Shown here: in pieces, positions 19,428-28,248 of the stretch | How positions within the stretch are numbered: position 1 is the first letter of the stretch | Layout of the letters: every line of letters starts with the position of its first letter | Assembly: GCA_008369845.1 (NCBI GenBank) | Contig: MRSU01011698.1 | Location: 1-36,239, forward strand | Direction: 5' to 3' | DNA from: Trichomonas gallinae | Taxonomy: Eukaryota | DNA length: 36,239 nt | The notes under the pieces: model-generated | Seen by the model: only the letters and a program-made list of their open reading frames with translations | Told to the model about the DNA's origin: nothing | Database searches by the model: none | Translations under genes and position numbers: made by a program

Positions 19428-20780
19428 CTATTTACTCTCAGGGAATGGTTGTCTGCGCGAATCATGGAATTTCCTGCATAGATCATTCAAGAAAGAATGT
19501 GCGCATTGCATTCCGAAACTTGGATTACCAGCATCCATTCTTTTATACTGTGTTGCAAGAAGCAATTTAACAGTTTTGTTACTTCTTGGATCAGAAAACA
19601 TCGGATCGTTTTCTCTTTCATCGAACATAGCGAAAAAGAATGGAATATTAAAAAGATATGGAATAGATTCACCAAAATAAACAGGTTTTGCAGAAAGGAA
19701 AGTATTTTTCACAACTTCTATCTGATCTAAGGTGAGAAATTGCATAAAGAATGCAAAATATCCTTTGTATCCATTGAGATTCGAAATATCAAAACCAAAT
19801 GATGCAACATAATCAGAAATTAGATTTGTGTTATACATCGTGAGTGTAATCATATCGAGCATGTGTGACATCGATGCGTGACCTCTTGATATGTAAGCAG
19901 CGATCATATAATATTCTAATTTATGTGTGCAATCAGCAGCACAGATAACAATCTTTTCAACAAGCTCACAGATAAGTTTGAACTCGACACTTACTCGTGA
20001 ATAGTGCGGATTTCGTTCCTGTATTGTTTTTAATAAATCTTTAAGGATATCACTGAATAAAAGGTTCTGTGGTATCGGAATATCGAATGATATTATGATA
20101 AAATCAGCAAAATCTGAAATATATTCTGTTTTTGAAAGAGCGTAATTAAAAATCGCTGTAAAATCTTCAAAACTGTTTGTAAGCCTTGAAAACATTTGGT
20201 AAATTGATTCAACTTCTGGATTCTTTGTATGTAATAAGCTGAAAAACTCAAGATATTCGGTGAAAGGATGATAATTTCCTCGATAAATTTTTTCAGCGCC
20301 AACCAAAGGATCAAACTGCGGCGCTTCTTTGTAATTCTGTTTCTCATCGTGATTTTCAAATTCTGTTTGTTCACTTTCGTTGGAAATTTCGGTATATTTG
20401 AGAATTTGTCTAAGTTCACCATCCAAATACGGTAAAATGTTATTATCTATATTATCTGCTATATATTTAAGTGAATTTTGTACTTGAATCTGAAAATCGC
20501 AAAGGCATAAATTAATTAAGATATAATGAGCATATAAAAGCATTTCTGGAGTAGAATCACTTGACTGAATCGCTGAAGCCGCGCAATCATTTAATTTCTC
20601 ATATGATAAAACCATTAAGGCGCCGTCCATGTCTAATTCGAATTTAAATATATACTCAAAAATAACATTATATCTTTCATTTTCCAATGCACGCGCTGAA
20701 TTCAACCTGAAGAACATATCAGACTTAGGATGAGATGAAGAACTCATCAAATCTGATAAATCTGGATAAAAACTCTGCAT
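19428..20780 (-). CDS. Hypothetical protein, probably alpha-helical, 450 aa
   Basis: Long ATG-started ORF with no recognisable motif. Confidence 0.85.
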   Translation of the reverse strand: MQSFYPDLSDLMSSSSHPKSDMFFRLNSARALENERYNVIFEYIFKFELDMDGALMVLSYEKLNDCAASAIQSSDSTPEMLLYAHYILINLCLCDFQIQVQNSLKYIADNIDNNILPYLDGELRQILKYTEISNESEQTEFENHDEKQNYKEAPQFDPLVGAEKIYRGNYHPFTEYLEFFSLLHTKNPEVESIYQMFSRLTNSFEDFTAIFNYALSKTEYISDFADFIIISFDIPIPQNLLFSDILKDLLKTIQERNPHYSRVSVEFKLICELVEKIVICAADCTHKLEYYMIAAYISRGHASMSHMLDMITLTMYNTNLISDYVASFGFDISNLNGYKGYFAFFMQFLTLDQIEVVKNTFLSAKPVYFGESIPYLFNIPFFFAMFDERENDPMFSDPRSNKTVKLLLATQYKRMDAGNPSFGMQCAHSFLNDLCRKFHDSRRQPFPESK

Positions 20781-20947
20781 TCCAAATTTTAAACTTTACA
20801 TGACAATAATAATGTTTATTTGTCAATTTCTATTTTTTTAATTTATTTTCTTTTTCTACAAAGCTTATAGTTTATGAATATTAAAATCGAGTTTCTTCAA
20901 AAATAGTATAAATGTTGTTTTACGTGGCAAAAATATATTTATTTGTC

Positions 20948-21150
20948 AAAATTTGATTTTTCGGAATTACTCTGACTTCATTTTCTTTTATAATATAGTT
21001 AAAATATTATGAAAATCGAATAGAAAGTGATTTTCTGCAAAATAGAAAATTTGATTTTTCGAAATCTGTTTGACTTCATTTCCAATCTCTTCATAACTTG
21101 TAATTTATGAAAATCCAAACAAAGGTGAATTTTTATGAAATATAAATTTG
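20948..21150. repeat. Degenerate ~98-bp tandem duplication in a divergent promoter region
   Basis: AAAATTTGATTTTTCG..TGACTTCATTT..TTATGAAAATC..AAAG/GGTGA.TTT recurs at 20948 and 21046, and a third start (AAATTTG) appears at 21144. Confidence 0.75.
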
Positions 21151-21397
21151 TTCAAAATTTTGTTGAATTATTCAAGTTTTATATGTAAATTTGTGAAATT
21201 TTCAAGAATATTTAAATAAAGTTATTGTTTTTGTCCGATAATTTCGATATTTTTAAATTTTGGAATTCAAAATTAAAATATTATGAAGAATTTTAACGGC
21301 AGAAATATTATTTATAAAAAGATATATTGATATATTAAACTAATTTCGTCTTGAAGAAAAAACGAAAAAAAGAAAAAGTGCAATAATCCGTTATAAA

Positions 21398-22921
21398 ATG
21401 TCTGAGGATCGCGACGCGAAGTTAGAGTACCTTAACACTAAACCGGAAGGTTCTCCAGTTTCAGTCATGGAGCACACTGCTGAGATTATTGTCAGACTTG
21501 CAGATAATTGCGCAGATCGCCCACTCGATTATTTCGAAGTTGCTTCATACATCATCAAAGAAGAACGCCAGACCAAAGAAAATCTCGAATTGCTCAAGTT
21601 TGGCAGACCAATGGGACCAAACTTCGTCGAAAATGCAACAAAGAGTGTCAGACTACAATCTCAATTATTCCCGAAAGAAAAACTCGGTGAAGAAGAGGAA
21701 GAAGCTGGTGAAGATCAGCAAGCGGAAGATGCCGAACATCAGGAAGAAGAAACAGTTAACGAAGGTGAAATTCCAGATGTTATTGGAAACATGCAATTCA
21801 TGAACGAGGTTGGCGTCGGATTAAACGAGACAGAAACAATTCTTTTACAGCAAGCAATTCAAAAACTCATTCGTTCTAAGCCACTTGCAACAGCTCGTTT
21901 CTGGGGCAAAGTATTGGGCACAGAATGTGACTACTACATCGCAGAGGCCGAATATAACGAAGGCGAGCGCCCACACGCCTCCCAGGAAGAGGAAGAAAAG
22001 AATGAGCCAGAAGAAGGCGAGCAGAAGGAAGATAAACCAAGAATTGTTCCAAAGGAAGAAGACTCAGGTCCAAACCAGTACAGCTACTTTGTCTGCACAC
22101 AGCTCGGCGGACCATGGAAGCTCCTTCCAGATATCACACCTGCACAGATTCAGGGATCAAGATGCATCAGACAGATGTTTTCGGGCTCAGAAAAGGGACC
22201 AATCGCTGCCCCAGAGGGTCGCTTCCAGGGCGGTGAATACGAGTTGCTTCGCTGCTTCATTTCAAGAGTTACGCATACATGCACATTAGCTCCAGTTGGC
22301 CTCTACAGCCTTGAAGAAGAGCCAGAGGAGGGTGCTCGTGTTGAAAACGTCACTCCAATTACAATGGCCGAAGAGCCAGAATATAAGCCATTAAATGGCC
22401 TCAAGTCATTTGTCCACAGAGTTCCAGCCATCTTAGATCAGGGTCGTTGCGAATACTACATCTTTGAAGAAGACCAACAAGATGAAGAAGGCAATGAGAA
22501 GGAACCATACGTAGAACATGGCCCAGCCATCCTTACACCAATCACAGAGGATACATCCAAGGACGGCTTTAAGTGCTGGTCCCTCAGAGAAGTCAAGGGA
22601 GTCAATAAAAGACTCTGGCTCAGATCTAATATTTGGCCTGGCTTGCACATTGTCTCTAACGACAATGGCTCCAGGATGGTCATGATGTACTTCGGCAACG
22701 GCATGAAAGCTCAGAGACCGCTCGAGTGGCCGCCACTGCCTGTGAAGAAGCCGCCGCCACCACCACCAAAGGAGGAGGAAGAGAAGAACGAGAACGAGGA
22801 GGAAGAAAAGGGAGATGAGAGCAACGAACAGAAGACTGAGGAGACAAACGAGGAGTCGGCGACAGCAACAAACGACGAGAGTGGAACATATGACTCGAAT
22901 TACGATTCCAGCGCTCAATAA
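21398..22921 (+). CDS. RSPH4/6: Radial spoke head protein RSP4/6 (RSPH4A/RSPH6A family), 507 aa
   Basis: ARFWGKVLGTECDYYIAE, GPNQYSYFVCTQLGGPWKLLPDITPAQI..SR.I..MFSG, LLRCFISRVTH.C.LAPVG, PAILDQGRC, LRSNIWPG and MYFGNGMK are signature blocks of RSP4/6. Confidence 0.93.
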   Translation: MSEDRDAKLEYLNTKPEGSPVSVMEHTAEIIVRLADNCADRPLDYFEVASYIIKEERQTKENLELLKFGRPMGPNFVENATKSVRLQSQLFPKEKLGEEEEEAGEDQQAEDAEHQEEETVNEGEIPDVIGNMQFMNEVGVGLNETETILLQQAIQKLIRSKPLATARFWGKVLGTECDYYIAEAEYNEGERPHASQEEEEKNEPEEGEQKEDKPRIVPKEEDSGPNQYSYFVCTQLGGPWKLLPDITPAQIQGSRCIRQMFSGSEKGPIAAPEGRFQGGEYELLRCFISRVTHTCTLAPVGLYSLEEEPEEGARVENVTPITMAEEPEYKPLNGLKSFVHRVPAILDQGRCEYYIFEEDQQDEEGNEKEPYVEHGPAILTPITEDTSKDGFKCWSLREVKGVNKRLWLRSNIWPGLHIVSNDNGSRMVMMYFGNGMKAQRPLEWPPLPVKKPPPPPPKEEEEKNENEEEEKGDESNEQKTEETNEESATATNDESGTYDSNYDSSAQ

Positions 22922-23416
22922 GAATATAATGTTGCCTTTCTGAGATAATTTTAATAAAATGAGTTTTTGATTATTTGGAAAAATACACTTATCTTTTGTT
23001 TGCTTTAACACATAGACTAAGATGTCATAAAATTCCTATAAATAAAATGCTTTAAGTCTCAAAATCAATTTCATATTTCAATATCCTTTAGAGTTTGAAA
23101 ATCAATAATATAATGTTTTATAAAGGTTACTAAAATGTAATATGTTCTATTATTTACTTTTCGAAATAAAGCATGTTTTAAATTCCAATTTTTATTTTAC
23201 GATAAAAAATGAAAATAATTTTGTTCAATATTGTCTAATATTTTTTTTTGATATGAGGAAAAATCATAATTAAAACATGTGTCATTTGATGCATAGATTG
23301 CCTTGTGATAAGAATTTGAGCCATTGCGTGAGGAAAAATCGAAAATATTAAATAATTAAACAAATATAATTTAATATATAAATATAAACGGATACAAATA
23401 TACGAAACGGGAGTAA

Positions 23417-24130
23417 TTAGCGGAAATTAACAGACTTAAGTGAATTTTTGATTGATAAAACAAGATCTTGATTGAATTGAAGAGTTGCGTAACCGAATGC
23501 TTTGATCTCTGGGGAGAACTGGCCGATGCAGGCAAGTCTGCTTGCATTACTTAAGAATCCGCAATGTGTATGTCCTGTGATTAACCAATCATCTGGCTTA
23601 ATGTATTCCTTGCAGCCATCCTTGATCCATGAAATGAAGAAGTAGGCATGTGGATCGCGAACTCTGTAATTATTCAGTAAATCGTGGGCCAAGAATGCCT
23701 TAATGTCTGGCTTACCAGCTCTTTGTGCTACTATTTGTATAGCGAGTTCCTGGAAGATCTTAACGTTGCCATTATTTGGCCAATTTATCTTGCTAAAGAA
23801 TTCACGGTCATGATTGCCTCCAATGGCATAGACTGGTACAGGAAGTTTCTCTAATTCTGTTAAAACCATCTTAAGGAGACCAACAGATTGTGTTCCATCG
23901 ATTAAATCACCGAGAATGAATACAACTGTTGGGTCCTCATTTGCTACGAGAGCACTGAGTGTTTCGATGAATAATTTTGTTGCAATATCTGGTGGTAATT
24001 GGGCACCTATATGGCAATCAGAGATAAGTATAGCTTTCATAGCCCTGTCACTCGGTGGGACGTATTGATATGATGTTACTCTATCATTAACAAGTGGAAC
24101 GCCGAAAATTGTACCGAAGTTTGGGTTCAT
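23417..24130 (-). CDS. Calcineurin-like metallophosphoesterase, 237 aa
   Basis: All five metal-binding motifs are present: SDCH (DxH), GDLID (GDxxD), GNHD, AHD and GHTH. Confidence 0.92.
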   Translation of the reverse strand: MNPNFGTIFGVPLVNDRVTSYQYVPPSDRAMKAILISDCHIGAQLPPDIATKLFIETLSALVANEDPTVVFILGDLIDGTQSVGLLKMVLTELEKLPVPVYAIGGNHDREFFSKINWPNNGNVKIFQELAIQIVAQRAGKPDIKAFLAHDLLNNYRVRDPHAYFFISWIKDGCKEYIKPDDWLITGHTHCGFLSNASRLACIGQFSPEIKAFGYATLQFNQDLVLSIKNSLKSVNFR

Positions 24131-24740
24131 ATTCCAAAAATGTCAAACGTCCACCAAAAAAACTTCTTTGTCCAATCAAAATTCAAAAAATGTTTACATT
24201 TTGGAAAATTTTATGTAAAGTGAGGAAATTTTATTTTTTACATGACAAAAATTAATTTTACATGACATATTTTTAAAAGTTTTGTTATTAGTTGAAATTA
24301 TTGATATTTTAATCCGAATTCATAAACTTAAGTTGACTTAAGTCAAATTCAATTTTCTGAAGCTTAGAGGTCTGCAAATGGAAGTATATAATTAGACCGC
24401 ATACGGCTAATGACGTTATTAAGTCTCAATGTCATTGTGCATCAAACTGCAAATTGGGGAAATTAAGGTTATACTTTGAAAGGAAAAATGTTTCCATTCA
24501 AAAATATTAACTATAAAAACTATTCAAACGTGTAATTCTAGCATTTCTTGTCATTTCATGACTCGAAAAAGTGAGAAAATTAAGACAGGCGTGAAAGCAT
24601 GCATATATTGAATGCTTCATGCTTTATAATTCATATAAAAATTCTTATCTTGACAAAATTTTTGTGTTTACATGTCAAAAAATTTTTTGTCATGTAAAAT
24701 TAATAAATTTATTTGGCAACATTGTTGTCAATTTTTTTAA

Positions 24741-26231
24741 ATGCCTGATATTCCATACTACATATTTCCTGAAGATGCTGAGGTTTTGGAATTAAAACTT
24801 CCAACATCCGGTTCTGTCCCTGATGAAATAGAACTAAAACTTGCAGATCCTACTGAGCAAATTTTTTTATGCAAACCTTCAAATGATATAGAAGAAATTC
24901 AAAAATTTATGAAGAAAAATAAAAATGGAGTAATATTGGTAGCTAAAAAGCGAGAAAACTTACCAGCTGAAATAATAACTTTCCAATTTAAGTACGGTAC
25001 ACAGGAATATAAGCTCGAGCTTCCATCAGACACAACTCTCTTCAACACTCAAATCCCAATTTGGGACAAAATACCTGATTTAGAGAATAAAGCATTAAAA
25101 TTCATTAACAAAGGCAGAAGTATTGATTTGCAGACAACATTATTAGATATTTCCAAAAATGACTCGATTATAATTATTAAACATGATCAAAATTCTAATC
25201 CGCCAAAAAGAATTCAGAAATTAGTATCAAAGAATTTTTGCATTGATATTGATGGATTTGAATCCAATAGTGAACCAACTTTTTCGCTTGAAATACCATC
25301 AACATGCAAAAAAGATCAACTTATCAATATGATATACAAAAAAGTCAAGAATCTCGCTCCATATATTATCGATATCTACTACGGTGATAAATTAATCGAC
25401 GAAAATACTGATATAGCAAGTCTTAATACAGATATTAATTATATCTTTATTAAAGTGAAGTTGACTAACATCTCCTTCCAAACAAGCATCTTACAACTTA
25501 CAGATATTCCAACTAATTATACGTTTTCACAAGTCGAAAAAGAACTTAAAATGAAATTTCCACATTTTGGTAATGATTCGATTTCTTTTACAGTTGATTC
25601 CAGGCAAATTTCTTCAACAGCTACAGTTGCACAAGCCAATCCCGACAACAAACCAATTAAAATTAATCTAATTTCTTCTTCCGTCTCTCCTCCCGCGGCT
25701 TCTGCCAGTCCGCCAAAGCCAGAACCTAATCCTAATATGGAACAACCAATTAATGAAATTATGGAAATCACGAAAGCATCTCGAGATGAAGCAGTTAAAT
25801 ATTTCGAAAAATTCAATGGAAGTATCAATAACGCTATCGACCAAATATTTAAGTCTAAAAATACTCAAAGTATGTCTTTTCAGAGCTCATCTCAACTTCC
25901 TGATTCATATCTTCAAACAGTTCAAAATTCTATAGATCATGGAAATTTAAATCTCATGGTTGTTGAGTTAGGATTTAATAGAGATCAAGCAATGCACGCT
26001 CTTTTTGCTGCAAACAATGTTGTTGATGTTGCATGTTCTCTAATTACAGAGCCAAAGCGTAACAGATATAATAAATTAGAAGAAATTACTAGAAATATAT
26101 ATAATAAATCAAATGAACCAGATGTTTTAGCGGATCCAAGAAAATACTTAAGACCAATATTCTTAAATTTGACAGACACTATTCAAGATAATGAGGTAGA
26201 AACAATCCGTCAAATAATAATTACAAGCTAG
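24741..26231 (+). CDS. Ubiquitin-like + UBA domain protein (Rad23/Dsk2-like architecture), 496 aa
   Basis: Ubl-like segments (ITFQFKYGTQEYKLELPSDTTL...LKFINKGRSIDLQTTL; IYYGDKLIDENTDIASL), a Pro-rich linker, UBA-like INEIMEITKASRDEAVKYFEKFNGSINNAIDQIF and UBA LMVVELGFNRDQAMHALFAANNVVDVACSLI. Confidence 0.7.
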   Translation: MPDIPYYIFPEDAEVLELKLPTSGSVPDEIELKLADPTEQIFLCKPSNDIEEIQKFMKKNKNGVILVAKKRENLPAEIITFQFKYGTQEYKLELPSDTTLFNTQIPIWDKIPDLENKALKFINKGRSIDLQTTLLDISKNDSIIIIKHDQNSNPPKRIQKLVSKNFCIDIDGFESNSEPTFSLEIPSTCKKDQLINMIYKKVKNLAPYIIDIYYGDKLIDENTDIASLNTDINYIFIKVKLTNISFQTSILQLTDIPTNYTFSQVEKELKMKFPHFGNDSISFTVDSRQISSTATVAQANPDNKPIKINLISSSVSPPAASASPPKPEPNPNMEQPINEIMEITKASRDEAVKYFEKFNGSINNAIDQIFKSKNTQSMSFQSSSQLPDSYLQTVQNSIDHGNLNLMVVELGFNRDQAMHALFAANNVVDVACSLITEPKRNRYNKLEEITRNIYNKSNEPDVLADPRKYLRPIFLNLTDTIQDNEVETIRQIIITS

Positions 26232-26353
26232 TTTAATTAGAAATTTCTAGTAAAATCATTAAACTAAATTTTGCAATGCAGTTTACTAGTGTTATAATTT
26301 AATTACTAATTTTCAAACATATTTCATAGTGTTTACAAAACATTAAAATGTTA

Positions 26354-27685
26354 TTATAATAATTCTTCATTAAAAGTTTGTTTTGCGCCAGCATTAATGA
26401 GGGCAAAAACGCAGTCTTCATTATTCATATCTATGGCAATATCAAGCGCTGATGTTCCATCATTGTAGGTTGTATTCAGATCTGCACCTCTTTGAATTAA
26501 CAGTTCTAAAATCTTTATATAGTTGTTCTTGGCAGCTACAAATAATGGAGATTCACCTAACGAGTTCTTAGCATCAATATCTTTAAATCCTTTATCTAAT
26601 AATGCATAGACAATTCCAATTGAGTTGATTTGAGTGGCAAGAAGGAGTGTTGTATCTCCTGTACTATCACGCAAATTGATGTCTGCTTTATTTTGAATCA
26701 ATAGTGTAGCAATTTCAGTTTGATTGTTCGCAATAGCAATGAATAACGGGCTCATTCCATTTTTATTTATAGCATTGACATTCGCGTTCTTTTGAATGAG
26801 AGACCTTACAAGCTCCAGGCGGCCATAAGATGCTGCGAAATGAAGAAGTGTTTCCGAGTTTGGACCCATTTGATTGACGTTTGCGCCATGATCAATGAGA
26901 TATGCTGCTATTTCATCATAGCCATTAATTATTGCACGCATTAATGGGAATATTCCGATTGAATCTGCAATGAATAAATTTGCCTTATGTTCAATGAGGA
27001 TTTTAACAGTTTCTAAGTCACCTTCTCCGCAAGATATGAGCAGTGGAGTTGTCTGGTTCTCATTAACTGAATCAACTTTGCATCCGTTTTCGAGCAATTG
27101 TTTGACAATGTGTGGATGCCTTCCTTTAGCTGCCCAATGCAAGCATGTGTATCCATCATCATCTTTCAAGTTCAAATCTGCTTTTTTGCTGATAAGAAAT
27201 TCGATGAATCGACTATTTCCTTTTAGTGCTGAAAACATCAGTGGTGTAGTACCACCATCAGATCTTGTATTAACATCGATACCTGAATTGATTAAATTTT
27301 GAAAATTGGTAAAATCATTTTTCTCAATTTCCATAAAAACGTTATTTTCGTTATTCTCATTAGATTCAGCGTCACAATTGCAGTCATCACAGTCTTCTAT
27401 ATATGATCGTACGAGCATCTGAAGGATTGGGACCGTTTTAAATTTTCCAAGTACTTCAATAATGTCAGAAGTTGGAGTTTTCGGAGGTAAATGGATGCAT
27501 TGCAGCAATTTATATGATTCTAAACCATATTTATCAGTACAGATATGAATTAAATCTATGGCATCTCGAACTGAAACTGTTTTTGAGTTTGTAAGTGTGT
27601 TTATTATAGATTCCAGCGGCTGGTCTAACAGATTCTGAATAAAAACTGAGCATTTCGAAGTGCCAGCACTATCCGAATTTTCCAT
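26354..27685 (-). CDS. Ankyrin-repeat protein (~9-10 repeats), 443 aa
   Basis: Repeated G.TPL/TCLH.AA..G...IV..LL..GA.VN motifs. Inr TCACTTT at 27692-27698. Confidence 0.96.
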   Translation of the reverse strand: MENSDSAGTSKCSVFIQNLLDQPLESIINTLTNSKTVSVRDAIDLIHICTDKYGLESYKLLQCIHLPPKTPTSDIIEVLGKFKTVPILQMLVRSYIEDCDDCNCDAESNENNENNVFMEIEKNDFTNFQNLINSGIDVNTRSDGGTTPLMFSALKGNSRFIEFLISKKADLNLKDDDGYTCLHWAAKGRHPHIVKQLLENGCKVDSVNENQTTPLLISCGEGDLETVKILIEHKANLFIADSIGIFPLMRAIINGYDEIAAYLIDHGANVNQMGPNSETLLHFAASYGRLELVRSLIQKNANVNAINKNGMSPLFIAIANNQTEIATLLIQNKADINLRDSTGDTTLLLATQINSIGIVYALLDKGFKDIDAKNSLGESPLFVAAKNNYIKILELLIQRGADLNTTYNDGTSALDIAIDMNNEDCVFALINAGAKQTFNEELL

Positions 27686-27799
27686 TATTCGAAAGTGATA
27701 TGAACATATACAACATGTTTTACAAACCTATTTTTAAGGTTTTTGAGATGTGAAACATGTAAAAAAACGGAAAAAATTGCATTTTTCAGAAATAACAAA

Positions 27800-28070
27800 A
27801 TAATCATCCAACAAAGACTTTATTTCTAATATTTTCTTCTTCCTCTACATCTCTATTAGCTTCATCTTCTTTGACATGTAATGATTCTTGTTGAACGATT
27901 TAATAAATAATTTTTGCCTTAAATTCATGTTAAATGTTTCTTTTACTGGCTCTTCCTAATTTTCTTCTTTTAAAAGCGCTTAATCATCATTATTACATAA
28001 TCTTGAAATAAAAAACCAGATTCAGCATTTTTCTGTTGTGAATTCATCTGTTATTTCATCTAAATAACAT
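27800..28070 (-). pseudogene. Probable decayed coding fragment (acidic protein)
   Basis: The minus strand reads YLDEITDEFTTEKC*...NNDD*ALLKEEN*EEPVKETF, then after a frameshift *HEFKAKIIY*IVQQESLHVKEDEANRDVEEEENIRNK. It is GAA-rich and coding-like, with scattered stops. Confidence 0.4.
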
Positions 28071-28248
28071 CATTTCAAATGTTACAAAGCATAAAACCAA
28101 AATTTAATTTTAGGATAATAAAATTTCTACAAAATGATTTAATGCAAGAAATTATGAGATATTTTAGAAAAATATGATTATAGAATTAATAAACATATTC
28201 TAACTTTTATATTAAATAACAAAAATATATAAACAAACAAAAAAATCA

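Noticed and set aside
22433..23011. 192-aa antisense ORF with apparent hydrophobic stretch, and other ORFs overlapping RSP4/6
   Set aside because: These are shadows of the GC-rich, GAG/GAA-repeat coding strand of RSP4/6.
27870..27881. TTTGACATGTAA copy of the array motif upstream of the ankyrin gene
   Set aside because: It lies within a probable pseudogene frame (LHVK), so it may be coincidental. It was not counted as a promoter copy.
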